Source of the DNA: a virus
Taxonomy: Duplodnaviria; Caudoviricetes
IMG/VR virus record: IMGVR_UViG_3300020236_000094
Span: 1-36,810 of that record
Strand: one strand, 5' to 3'
DNA length: 36,810 nt
Made by a program: the position numbers and the translations under genes. Positions 26,175-34,343 of the stretch are shown here, piece by piece (position 1 is the stretch's first letter; each line of letters starts with the position of its first letter). Below the pieces are notes generated by a model. That model was not told where the DNA came from and searched no databases. It was given only the letters and a program-made list of their open reading frames with translations.

Positions 26175-26400
26175 TAAGCCAGCCCACAATCGCCTCGTAA
26201 AGGTCCGCGTGTAAAGGTGAGATTAGAGTGTAAAGGCTGTAAAGGGAAATGCAAACCTTTAGGGGCTCTAGTTAACTGGTGGAAAATGAGGGACGGGGTA
26301 CAGCCTATGCCCATGCCGCACAAGGGGGGGGCAGGGGGGCATCAAACCTGGGCTGGCTGAGTGGGGTTCCCGTCCTCCCGTCCTACTCCTGGTCCTGCTC
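26175..26400. other. Candidate packaging/terminus region
   Basis: GTAAAGG x4 (26197, 26211, 26230, 26239); G8-CA-G6 at 26324-26339; strand-skew switch; non-coding downstream of terS. Confidence 0.45.
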
Positions 26401-26487
26401 CCTGTGAGCAATCCTACGCCATGAACACCCCTGCACCTATGCCATAACCCATGAGCAATGTCCCCACACCTTAGACAGGCTTAGGTT

Positions 26488-26515
26488 ATTTAACATAATG
26501 TACATTATGTGCAGA
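26488..26515 (-). other. dif: dif-like XerC/XerD recombination site
   Basis: Minus strand TCTGCACATAA TGTACA TTATGTTAAAT versus E. coli dif GGTGCGCATAA TGTATA TTATGTTAAAT (24/28; XerD arm perfect). Confidence 0.88.
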
Positions 26516-26535
26516 CTACTTGGTATAAGTAAGGA

Positions 26536-26548
26536 TATCAATAACTTA
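26536..26548 (+). promoter_or_regulatory. IHF consensus site
   Basis: TATCAATAACTTA matches WATCAANNNNTTR; 20 bp from the XerC arm. Confidence 0.6.
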
Positions 26549-26812
26549 GGTATACTACGAACGGCTAATATACCCACATTACCCACTTGTAGACCATAAT
26601 CCTGCCTGTTATGGGATAACAATATCAGCATCCAATAGGCCCTAAACCCCTCTGTAGAGCGATTGTGAGATTTTCCGGGAGGAGAGAAGAGAGAGAGGGA
26701 GACGTCCTATACTGCAAAGCTAATACCTGTCTACGTCTAAAAAGGTACTTTCTACGCTGCCCGGTACTTTCTCCGCCATAGGCGGAGTCCCCGTGTGAGG
26801 CGCCCTGGTTGT

Positions 26813-27289
26813 CTACGCATTACCCTGTGTCTTAGTGTCTACAGTGACTAATTGTGTTGCGGAGCGTGCCAGGTCAGTGAGTTGGTTATCTGCGAGTAGC
26901 TCGGTGAGTATGTCTGGATCTATACCGGCTAATGCCATGCGTAGGCGTTCGGTTAGCTCTTCAGCTGTTGGTTTTGCTGTTAATTCTCGTGATTCTTTAA
27001 CTGGATCAAATCCTCCACGGCTTAGTACGTCTTGGGCGGCTTTGAGTTTTACCGCGGGTTGGTCGGCCATCAGGGCTAAATCTCTGATGATAGTTAGCAT
27101 CTGCGGCCCGAGCTGCCGCATGGAATCTCTTAATCGTTGATCGATGGTATCAGCGTGTTTGCGTTTAAGCTGACTGGCTCTTGAGGGCACTGATGCTGCG
27201 CTGCACTCAAACTGATCCCTGACAGATTGGGCTGCGTCTCCGGTCTCTAGGTATTGATCTATCCAACGTTCCTCGGCGGCACTTGCCAT
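26813..27289 (-). CDS. terS: Terminase small subunit
   Basis: WIDQYLETGDAAQS...RASQL HTH; VKLKAAQDVLSRGG; AGGAG RBS; first late gene. Confidence 0.8.
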   Translation of the reverse strand: MASAAEERWIDQYLETGDAAQSVRDQFECSAASVPSRASQLKRKHADTIDQRLRDSMRQLGPQMLTIIRDLALMADQPAVKLKAAQDVLSRGGFDPVKESRELTAKPTAEELTERLRMALAGIDPDILTELLADNQLTDLARSATQLVTVDTKTQGNA

Positions 27290-27330
27290 TGCGCTCTCCT
27301 ATCCTACTAGTCTATATGGGTTAATCAATA

Positions 27331-27434
27331 ATATGCAATTAATGCATAATAGTAGTTGACAATGCGTCATTACTGCGTATACTAACTCCATAGCCTAATG
27401 ACAGGCTACTGGGAGTAGCAAATATGCAATTAAT
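27331..27434 (+). promoter_or_regulatory. Strong early sigma70 promoter with operator-like repeats
   Basis: TTGACA(27356-27361)-16-TATACT(27378-27383); ATATGCAATTAAT at 27331 and 27422; hairpin TAGCCT-AATGAC-AGGCTA at 27391-27408. Confidence 0.75.
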
Positions 27435-27732
27435 AGAGCCGCCACATCAACCGCGAGATAGAGCTAAATTAGCTAGCATGGTCAAATCTCTTAGGGCAAA
27501 CAAAATGCTACCCGCTATTTTGGTATATGGGGAGCAGGCATATAGTGGCAGCCATCGGCTGGCTGCATGGTCAATGATGGATATTGAGCCGGACTATGTC
27601 GAGATTAATGACGATGAGTATACAAAAATAATGGGATCGGTAAACATGGACCCCATTTACGACTCAGTCTACGACTACGATCAGTTTTTGCAGGGCGCAA
27701 AATCCTTAGGATTAGCCGGAGGCGCCCAGTAA
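27424..27732 (+). CDS. Stand-alone ParB/Srx N-terminal-domain protein
   Basis: KLASMVKSL...LPAILV...SGSHRLAA (GxHR motif). Confidence 0.75.
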   Translation: MQLIEPPHQPRDRAKLASMVKSLRANKMLPAILVYGEQAYSGSHRLAAWSMMDIEPDYVEINDDEYTKIMGSVNMDPIYDSVYDYDQFLQGAKSLGLAGGAQ

Positions 27733-28052
27733 TGTCGTGGCAATATCCTAAACACGTTTGTGGGCACGACGGCGACAGGTACCAGGCTTACGGTAAAATG
27801 GATAACAGGGAGCGTCAGTTGCTTGCAATTGAGCGCCAGGAGTGCCCGGCATGCCTAAAAGCCAAAGCCGTCATTTTAGCTGACGAGTTGGGGCTGCCCT
27901 TACTGGTAGGGAGCGATAAGCAAATTGCGTGGGCTAGTGCTATCCGCGAGCGTGTGCTACGCCTGTTACCGACAGAGGATGCTGCCAAATATAGACCCGA
28001 GGTATCCGCAAAATGGTGGATAGATCACAGGGGCCTAATCAATAATGCCTGA
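27732..28052 (+). CDS. Phage hypothetical protein (HxCGH...CPAC...LxGSDKQIAWAxxIR)
   Basis: GGAGG RBS; recurrent phage early-gene motif. Confidence 0.8.
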   Translation: MSWQYPKHVCGHDGDRYQAYGKMDNRERQLLAIERQECPACLKAKAVILADELGLPLLVGSDKQIAWASAIRERVLRLLPTEDAAKYRPEVSAKWWIDHRGLINNA

Positions 28053-28076
28053 CACCTACCTATTGGAGATACGACT

Positions 28077-28319
28077 ATGACTAATCGAAATAACCGCAGA
28101 AAAGTGGTCGCTGGACGCTATAGTGTTGGCGACTGTATCCCAGGTGACAGCCGCATAATTACCGGCTTTGGCCAGGAGTGGGACGAGGGAGGAACCTGTA
28201 AGCAGGTTACTGATGATACCGCATGCGCTTACGGGATGGAACCTGGACTGGATTATTACCCAACAGTCAGAACTGCGCCCCAGACGGTCTGCTACGCCTA
28301 TTTCACACAGGGGGAATAA
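28077..28319 (+). CDS. Hypothetical protein
   Basis: GGAG RBS. Confidence 0.7.
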   Translation: MTNRNNRRKVVAGRYSVGDCIPGDSRIITGFGQEWDEGGTCKQVTDDTACAYGMEPGLDYYPTVRTAPQTVCYAYFTQGE

Positions 28320-28321
28320 CA

Positions 28322-28810
28322 ATGAAACACACAACTACTCGAGAAATGTTAAACGACCAATACGAACCACTACCTATGTATGGCTGGCGTTGTGGGATGT
28401 ACTCACTCGAGCCGGAGTTACAGCGCCATCGTGATAACGGTGAATTTATGTCTGGACTCAGATCAGGCAGGAAACAACGCCTGGCTGTGGGAGGCACACA
28501 GGGGTTAGCTAATATCCTGTCGCTACCTAACCTGCGTGAAATGCGCCGATCACTCCAGCACTTATATAACGACATTTCGTATAAATCCAAATTGGCGGCA
28601 TCGGCTGCTCGGGCTAGCATATATTCAAATAACAGAGTGTCGTGTATCGGACGATCCTATGCAGACGCATATCTGGATAAATCCGACACCATCTACGCTG
28701 AGGCGGAAGGACTTCAGCAGGAATATAACAACCTACAGAATGAATACCGCACTGAACTGGAGCGGTTATGTGAATTACGCGGAATAAAGTCCGGCTACGT
28801 CAATGCCTGA
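28322..28810 (+). CDS. Hypothetical protein with C-terminal coiled coil
   Basis: Start trimmed to ATG 28322 behind a GGGGG RBS. Confidence 0.65.
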   Translation: MKHTTTREMLNDQYEPLPMYGWRCGMYSLEPELQRHRDNGEFMSGLRSGRKQRLAVGGTQGLANILSLPNLREMRRSLQHLYNDISYKSKLAASAARASIYSNNRVSCIGRSYADAYLDKSDTIYAEAEGLQQEYNNLQNEYRTELERLCELRGIKSGYVNA

Positions 28811-28866
28811 CACCTGCCACCTTTACCTGCCACTGGCACAGACGCCAGCCAGAACTGGAGAATATT

Positions 28867-29073
28867 ATGACTATCCCTGATTTTTTAACTATCCAAGCGT
28901 TTGACGGCATTGAAGATACTCAATCCCGAGTGGTTCCGTCTATGCTGTCCAGCGGTGAGGAGGGATACGGCGTTATCTTGGTGGACACCGATGCGCACGA
29001 ATCTATCGGAGGCATGCGGATTTACAAAAAACTGGCGCCGGCGGTTGAGTACGCTAAATCGCTGGTGGCGTAG
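28867..29073 (+). CDS. Hypothetical protein
   Basis: GGAG RBS. Confidence 0.7.
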   Translation: MTIPDFLTIQAFDGIEDTQSRVVPSMLSSGEEGYGVILVDTDAHESIGGMRIYKKLAPAVEYAKSLVA

Positions 29074-29096
29074 TATCTAATAACACGGAGAAACGA

Positions 29097-29624
29097 ATGC
29101 ACATTACAGACGAATTACTTACCTCAAAAAACGCCTGCGCTAATGGAAAGCATTGGTTTAACAAGGGTTTCCCGGCAGGAATTGATATTCAAATCGCCAT
29201 TGATAGGGCTGTTGAGGAGGATTATCCTGATTATGCAGATTGGCTGATAACAGCATTTGGCCCCATTAACCGCACCCTTAAGGTTGATGGCGATTTAATC
29301 GTTGAGAAAAGCCTTTATTTTTGTGGATCAATCGCAGTTACGGGGCGAATACAGGTACAAGGTCAACTACGGGCCGGCTCGGGCATTAAGGCCGGCTCGG
29401 GCATTGAGGCCGGCTTGGGCATTGAGGCCGGCTCGGGCATTGAGGCCGGCTCGGGCATTGAGGCCGGCTGGGGCATTGAGGCCGGCTCGGATTTCGGGAT
29501 TTATGTCGGTCTGAGACTCCGAATGTCCTTGCGCGCTAAGCGTGCCACAGTAACCGCAAAAGAGGAGCCAAAAAACATTGTCTGTGGCACGTACAAACAG
29601 CCTGATAACGTAGACGTAACATGA
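29097..29624 (+). CDS. Beta-helix repeat protein with (AGxGIE)n
   Basis: ITDELLxxKNACxxGxxWF N-terminus plus hexapeptide repeats; GGAG RBS. Confidence 0.85.
   Translation: MHITDELLTSKNACANGKHWFNKGFPAGIDIQIAIDRAVEEDYPDYADWLITAFGPINRTLKVDGDLIVEKSLYFCGSIAVTGRIQVQGQLRAGSGIKAGSGIEAGLGIEAGSGIEAGSGIEAGWGIEAGSDFGIYVGLRLRMSLRAKRATVTAKEEPKNIVCGTYKQPDNVDVT
29373..29490. repeat. 18-bp tandem repeat, about 6.5 copies, coding
   Basis: GCCGGCT(C/T/G)GGGCATT(G/A)AG. Confidence 0.95.
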
Positions 29625-29800
29625 CCGGCCCCGAATTCCGCGCCCTCCGCCTAGCCATGGGAATTACACAGTCTGCCATGGCCGAGCTGTTTGGCCTAAA
29701 ACTCCGCCGGATTCAGCAGCTTGAGGTCCAGACTGTGATCACCGGGCCGGTCGCCATACTGGCTGCTCGGCTCTTAACTGAAATCAAAAAGGAAGATTAA
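29621..29800 (+). CDS. XRE-family HTH regulator (59 aa)
   Basis: Manual translation MTGPEFRALRLAMGITQSAMAELFGLKLRRIQQLE...; ATGA overlap. Confidence 0.85.
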   Translation: MTGPEFRALRLAMGITQSAMAELFGLKLRRIQQLEVQTVITGPVAILAARLLTEIKKED

Positions 29801-29882
29801 TTATGAAAATCATCAAACCATGGGCGCTTGTTGCCGTCTGGGTAGTTGCACTATAAACACTGATCTTTGACAATATTTTGTT

Positions 29883-29912
29883 AAATAGCTCGTTAAATCG
29901 GGCTATTTTTTT
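29883..29912 (+). terminator. Intrinsic terminator of the early block
   Basis: AAATAGCTCG-TTAAAT-CGGGCTATTT followed by a T run. Confidence 0.65.
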
Positions 29913-29995
29913 GTTCTACGTGAAACTATAGTTTTTTGCTCGGCTGCCGCTAAGGTTGTCAATCAAACCCCTATGGTTTACAAAAAGGACAGCTA

Positions 29996-30193
29996 ATGTT
30001 GACAATCAACGACATGCGCAAGAGTATTGCCAGATCCCATAGTGAGCTGATTAGAGCACAGATTGCCCTGTGTGATGCTCAATCATTCATAAAAAAGCAC
30101 CTACCCGGCGGAGGGCAGGTGCAATCGGCCTCTGGAGGGAGACCAGTGGCAGCCGAAGCTGCCCGGGAGTTGCCCCTTGACGGGGCGGGATGA
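29996..30193 (+). CDS. Hypothetical protein
   Basis: AAGGA RBS. Confidence 0.5.
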   Translation: MLTINDMRKSIARSHSELIRAQIALCDAQSFIKKHLPGGGQVQSASGGRPVAAEAARELPLDGAG

Positions 30194-30202
30194 AACTAAA
30201 TA

Positions 30203-30328
30203 CTATGCTGCTGACCTGAAATCAATAGGCAAAATCTGTACATCGCCGCACACCAAACAGCGCGTCAAATACTGGCCATCAATGCAGTAAACCCGCATCG
30301 CACCAGAACAGATGTGACAGTAGAACAT
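30203..30328 (-). CDS. 41-aa Zn-ribbon protein
   Basis: MFYCHICSGAMRVYCIDGQYLTRCLVCGDVQ...; two CxxC; weak RBS. Confidence 0.4.
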   Translation of the reverse strand: MFYCHICSGAMRVYCIDGQYLTRCLVCGDVQILPIDFRSAA

Positions 30329-30408
30329 TGTTCTGTAACAGAAAGTCCGGTTCCTTCTTGAGCGTCAGTTTTAACCATGGCTAAAGTGTAGCCCTACCGT
30401 CGCCGTTG

Positions 30409-30696
30409 TCAACTGAATATCCATAATCGCGCTGATTTCAGCAGTTTATAGCTCTGATCTCTGGATATGACTTCTTTGCGAATATATTTTTTTATTGTAT
30501 TGGTTTGGATGGTCTCAGGAGCGTGGATTAACCAATCTTCGACAACGCGGTCGTCCTGTGGTGTGTAATCAACCCCGTAGGGGATATGACTATGGGCGGG
30601 TGCATCGTTAAAATCAGCCAGGAAACACGCCGTGTAGCCCTGCTGTGCAGTACTCCCGAGTCGTAATAGTGTATGAGACGCCCAGCTCATTATCAT
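30409..30696 (-). CDS. Hypothetical protein
   Basis: Start trimmed to ATG 30696 (ATGA overlap). Confidence 0.5.
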   Translation of the reverse strand: MIMSWASHTLLRLGSTAQQGYTACFLADFNDAPAHSHIPYGVDYTPQDDRVVEDWLIHAPETIQTNTIKKYIRKEVISRDQSYKLLKSARLWIFS

Positions 30697-31028
30697 ACTG
30701 TGCAGCTGCGCGTGGACTGTCTGGCGGGCATATCGGGGCATTCGGACGAAAACCTGATGCTGGATAGCACGCAATAATACAAAAACTCTTCACTTCGCTC
30801 AATATTTTTACTCCCGCCAGACCAGCAGCCATAACTGGACTCACTGAATAGTGCGTCACAGGTATGACAAAAATACGCCGTCGCTGCATCACTGGCCTTT
30901 ATTCCACGGCCCTTTCCGAGAGTATGCTGACGAAATCCTGCGTAATGGCAGGCCCTGGTCTCGCCCTCTCTCCCGCAACGGACACAGGGGGCGTTACGTG
31001 CAGCCTGGAGCCGCTTTTTATCCCTCAC
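30693..31028 (-). CDS. DUF1364/YbcO-like HNH-type nuclease-domain protein
   Basis: LQAARNAPCVRCG...ACH...GKGRGIKASD...CHTCD; follows ninB. Confidence 0.8.
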   Translation of the reverse strand: MRDKKRLQAARNAPCVRCGREGETRACHYAGFRQHTLGKGRGIKASDAATAYFCHTCDALFSESSYGCWSGGSKNIERSEEFLYYCVLSSIRFSSECPDMPARQSTRSCTV

Positions 31029-31419
31029 GGCGGAACCTGTCTGCATCGGGGAGGGCTACTCCGCTCTCAGCTGTGAGTTGATAAAACCGCTCAATCGCCT
31101 GAGAATATCCATATCGCTCAAGATCCTCTGTACTCCCATCAGGTACTGTTAGCTCAACGCCAAATCGCGTCACCTGCTTGCTACCGAATAAGTGAATTTT
31201 GAATAAATCCTTTACCTGCCCAGTAGTTAATCCTATTTCATCGGCATAAATATCGAACAGCTTATGCAGCCATCCGCGCTGGCTATTGGTTTTCTTCCGC
31301 TGGTGCTGCTTGATCTCCACATCCCAGTCCCGGCCCTCGTCCAGCTCGTTTATCGTCTTGACGAGGTTGCAGCGGTACATCGCGAAATTATCGCCCGTCC
31401 AGAGAGTGAAGTTAATCAT
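31018..31419 (-). CDS. ninB: NinB/Orf family recombination protein
   Basis: VEIK..RKKTNSQRGWLH...KDLFK...STEDL...GVALP; GGAGG RBS. Confidence 0.8.
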   Translation of the reverse strand: MINFTLWTGDNFAMYRCNLVKTINELDEGRDWDVEIKQHQRKKTNSQRGWLHKLFDIYADEIGLTTGQVKDLFKIHLFGSKQVTRFGVELTVPDGSTEDLERYGYSQAIERFYQLTAESGVALPDADRFRREG

Positions 31420-31460
31420 TCAATCCTCCGAAGATACGCGGCTTTCTGTATATATCACTG

Positions 31461-31967
31461 TTATAACCCTTTTCGCTCAACAGTAACTATCGTATCGTTC
31501 TTGTTGCCACCGTGAGGGACTAGCAGTATCTCAATAATTTCAAATCCTCTATTTTTACCTATGCCCCCACTGCGCCAACCGCAGCAAATAGCCAAACCAC
31601 CAGGTTTAACCACCCTGGCAATTTCATTTTTTACATTTGCCCAATACTGCATGTTGGTTACGCTGCCAGTAAGCCTGCTTTCCCCATAATTTTTGTAGCA
31701 TTCACTAGCCTGCCTCATACTAAATGGTGGGTCATATAGTGCTACATCGGCACTATTACTATCTAGCATTTCCAAAAATTCTACAGCGTCCATATTGTAA
31801 TCTGTACCATATCCAGGGTTGAGATCGTTTGTTATTGTCCCGTACTTGCTGGCATTAGCAAACGGATCAATAACAATCCCAGTCACATACTTGTCTAATA
31901 AATGGCGGATCGGCTTTATAGTAAACGTCAATTTATTAGACATAGCCCAACAACGGTTTATAACCAT
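31461..31967 (-). CDS. Small DNA adenine methyltransferase (cassette-borne)
   Basis: IDPFA (motif I) and LYDPPFS (motif IV); likely start MVINRCWAMSN at 31967. Confidence 0.85.
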   Translation of the reverse strand: MVINRCWAMSNKLTFTIKPIRHLLDKYVTGIVIDPFANASKYGTITNDLNPGYGTDYNMDAVEFLEMLDSNSADVALYDPPFSMRQASECYKNYGESRLTGSVTNMQYWANVKNEIARVVKPGGLAICCGWRSGGIGKNRGFEIIEILLVPHGGNKNDTIVTVERKGL

Positions 31968-32050
31968 ACGGTCAAACGGATTCGCTTCGCTCACGCGCTT
32001 CCCTCCATCAGATACACGGCTTTCTGGATATATCTCTGTTATATTTCTAA

Positions 32051-32272
32051 TCAGCGTAGGGTTTTGGTAGCCAAAATGATGCACACGGGCATTTTCCCAT
32101 AATCATCTTGCATGGCACACATTGCCGCTACTGGGTCAGTTCCGCTACCAACCATTTCTACGATTTTCGCGTTATGGTCTTTCCAATATGTGGTTGAGAA
32201 AAACACGATAAAAACGATAGCTGTAAAGATAATTGCATTTATTGAAATCCAGAATTTACTTTCATCATTCAT
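32051..32272 (-). CDS. Cassette-borne single-TM protein
   Basis: GAGG RBS 8 nt before ATG 32272; TM helix then G.DPVAAMCA. Confidence 0.75.
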   Translation of the reverse strand: MNDESKFWISINAIIFTAIVFIVFFSTTYWKDHNAKIVEMVGSGTDPVAAMCAMQDDYGKMPVCIILATKTLR

Positions 32273-32296
32273 TTTCATATCCTCAGTTAAATCAAA

Positions 32297-32356
32297 ATAT
32301 AACAAGGCAAATTCACTCGGACGCAAAACCCGCGCCGGTGATTTGCGACGTTATAA
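32297..32356 (+). other. attC: attC (59-base element)
   Basis: ATATAAC AAGGC AAATTCACTCGGACGC AAAACCC GCGCCGGTGATTT GCGAC GTTATAA. Confidence 0.8.
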
Positions 32357-32358
32357 CG

Positions 32359-32565
32359 CTAACCCCATACCAGATCAGACGGGCTGGTGGCTTGCACAGT
32401 TCTACTTTTGCAATACAAAACCTTTACCACGTCGTCATTAAAATCAATAATCACGCCGGGTTCACAATCATCATGCCCAGCGTTTCCATTCGCATAGCCA
32501 GGGACATACGTCACATTGTCAAGATAATGCTGCTCTTTATTCAGTTCTATGTTTTCTATCTTCAT
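32359..32565 (-). CDS. Small SH3-like hypothetical protein
   Basis: AGGAG RBS; VTYVPGYANG...CEPGVI...ATSPSDLVWG. Confidence 0.75.
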   Translation of the reverse strand: MKIENIELNKEQHYLDNVTYVPGYANGNAGHDDCEPGVIIDFNDDVVKVLYCKSRTVQATSPSDLVWG

Positions 32566-32581
32566 AATAATCTCCTAAGGT

Positions 32582-32953
32582 TCATTGGGGGTCTGACATC
32601 GGCATCCAGTACAGGGGCAGACCGAACCTGCCACTTTCATCTGTTCGCCAAGCAGTGACGGTTTGCTGCGGCTCCCCTATCTGTCCGGCCCTGTATTTGC
32701 AGCTGGCTACCGCTCCGCCGTAAAACACCATCAGTAAGTGCTGCGATTTGTCTGGTGACAGCTCTTTTGTCGATACCCAAGTAGCCTCTAACTTAGCCTC
32801 CAGCTCGTAAATACGTATGTCCCTATGTGCAAGTTCTGCCGCAATGTCAGACTTGCTGTAAAGCTCTTCAGATGTCATATGAGACATATGGTCGTAGTAA
32901 ATTTGTCCTTGCTCCTCGGTATCCCTCTCTGCATATTTCTGTGCTTCAGTCAT
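32582..32953 (-). CDS. Protein with C-terminal DUF551-like domain
   Basis: GGAG RBS before ATG 32953; WVSTKELSP...YWMPM..P. Confidence 0.7.
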   Translation of the reverse strand: MTEAQKYAERDTEEQGQIYYDHMSHMTSEELYSKSDIAAELAHRDIRIYELEAKLEATWVSTKELSPDKSQHLLMVFYGGAVASCKYRAGQIGEPQQTVTAWRTDESGRFGLPLYWMPMSDPQ

Positions 32954-33022
32954 ATTATTCTCCAATAGCGGCAGCACCATAGTTTTATTCAGATTCACTT
33001 CCGCTACTTTGCATAAACAGTA

Positions 33023-33241
33023 TCAAACCAACTTTGTCCGAAAGAATTTATTGTTTATTTCCTGTGTTATGATTTCTGCGTCGATAAGTGTTTTCACCTT
33101 ACTGATCGCTATAGATTCTATCTTGTCATAAGCTCCATGGTTCCGACTGGCGGGACTCGTAGACCATACCCAATCAGCTGAGTATCCATGGGGGTCCTTC
33201 TTGGTGTAGATCCTGGCTAATCTATAAGTAATGACGGACAT
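33023..33241 (-). CDS. Hypothetical protein
   Basis: AGGAG upstream; operon context. Confidence 0.55.
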   Translation of the reverse strand: MSVITYRLARIYTKKDPHGYSADWVWSTSPASRNHGAYDKIESIAISKVKTLIDAEIITQEINNKFFRTKLV

Positions 33242-33531
33242 GCTTCTATACTCTCCTGCTTAACATTTGACAGGGCCGATAACCTCTCCGAGATAATAAA
33301 TAGGAATATTTCCAGCAGAAATTCCAATTCCTTGGCAAGCCCTGGGATACCTCCCCAGCAATCCTTTGCCTTGGCCTCAAAATAAACCAATATTCGGAAT
33401 AGGTGATAATGCTCAATAGGGGCGTCTGTGTGCAGATATTTCCATGCATCACATAATGGACCAACTAAGCACTGCTCTTCTTCAATAGCCGATACAGGAG
33501 AACCGAGCCGGTATGGGCTGAGTTTATTCAT
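33217..33531 (-). CDS. Hypothetical protein
   Basis: ORF track; operon context. Confidence 0.5.
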   Translation of the reverse strand: MNKLSPYRLGSPVSAIEEEQCLVGPLCDAWKYLHTDAPIEHYHLFRILVYFEAKAKDCWGGIPGLAKELEFLLEIFLFIISERLSALSNVKQESIEACPSLLID

Positions 33532-33540
33532 TTCAGTTCT

Positions 33541-33701
33541 TCATTCAAAAACTGAGTCTTCCCGGTACGCCCATGCCTGCACATTCATCTGTGCAAGCTG
33601 GTATCTTATAGCTTCAATACCATCCTCTATCGCTTTTGATGAGGACATTGCATATAAGAGCTGCAACTGACGTATGCTTCTTCAAGTTCTTTTCTGTTCA
33701 T
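33541..33701 (-). pseudogene. Frameshifted copy of the MNRKELEE leader gene
   Basis: MNRKELEEA, then a 1-nt shortfall before the IRQLQLLYAMSSSKAIEDG... frame. Confidence 0.5.
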
Positions 33702-34063
33702 GTGTATTTACCCCTAGTCTGTTTCGCCTCCTGGATGACAATGGTGGCATCTAGGGGTGTACAGAGTGTCCCCTTCAGTGATTCAACCTGTCGTATGTAT
33801 AGGTCACGATCTTCTATAGCAGATGTAACCGCGCATTCTAGCGCCCGAACTTCTTTTGCTATATCGTGTAAGGTCGAGTGTGTCCATGCGTTCGAACTCT
33901 CTGCCTCGTCTGCTATTTCGTCTATACGATCAGAAATAGGCATGGGAAGCTCTTCCATCTGCGCCAGCCAGGTTTTGGCAGCTTCTATAAGCGTTTTAAG
34001 CTGCGCCCCCCGAGCATTTTCCTCCCAGTACTTAATCGCTTCTTCAAGTTGTTTTCTGTTCAT
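33698..34063 (-). CDS. Hypothetical protein (MNRKQLEEAIK...)
   Basis: AGGAG RBS before ATG 34063. Confidence 0.7.
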   Translation of the reverse strand: MNRKQLEEAIKYWEENARGAQLKTLIEAAKTWLAQMEELPMPISDRIDEIADEAESSNAWTHSTLHDIAKEVRALECAVTSAIEDRDLYIRQVESLKGTLCTPLDATIVIQEAKQTRGKYT

Positions 34064-34343
34064 CTTTCTCTCCTGTTCTTTCTGCGGCCTTTTTAAGTGT
34101 GGTGCGCCATGCTCTATCAAAATCTTCATAGGCTCCTGCTGGAGAGTCTCCAAAACCACAAACACCAGTCTGAATATCGTCTCCATATAGTGCACACCAT
34201 GACGTTCCGTCAATAGTTAGAGTCGGCTTAAACAGAAAGGACGGCCGGTCAAACTCAGAGGTTGCCTCCATAATTCTATTTGCACAATCATCTGCCGCCA
34301 TACAAATAGCTTGCATTGCTATTACTGAATGATCATATTCCAT
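34044..34343 (-). CDS. Conserved phage hypothetical protein (DGxxWCALYGxDIQxGVxGFGDSP)
   Basis: GGAGG RBS; recognisable motif. Confidence 0.8.
   Translation of the reverse strand: MEYDHSVIAMQAICMAADDCANRIMEATSEFDRPSFLFKPTLTIDGTSWCALYGDDIQTGVCGFGDSPAGAYEDFDRAWRTTLKKAAERTGEKDEQKTT

Larger units (their letters stand above)
31433..32356 (+). mobile_element. Integron-like array: attI-like(31433-31466), cassette, partial attC(31958-31997), attI-like(32011-32046), cassette, full attC(32297-32356)
   Basis: Complementary cores bracket each gene; 60-bp attC with extrahelical bases. Confidence 0.7.

Noticed and set aside
4998-27289. Stop-codon recoding or introns/inteins in structural genes
   Set aside because: Genes are full length and tightly packed in the standard code; TerL and portal are of normal size
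29803-29931. Small hydrophobic ORF MKIIKPWALVAVWVVAL
   Set aside because: Stops after 17 codons and the continuation overlaps the terminator; too weak to call
31968-32084. N-terminal extension of the MTase to 32084
   Set aside because: Runs through attI-like and attC sequence and overlaps the upstream gene; ATG 31967 is more plausible, although GTG ~31994 with a GGAGG RBS is possible
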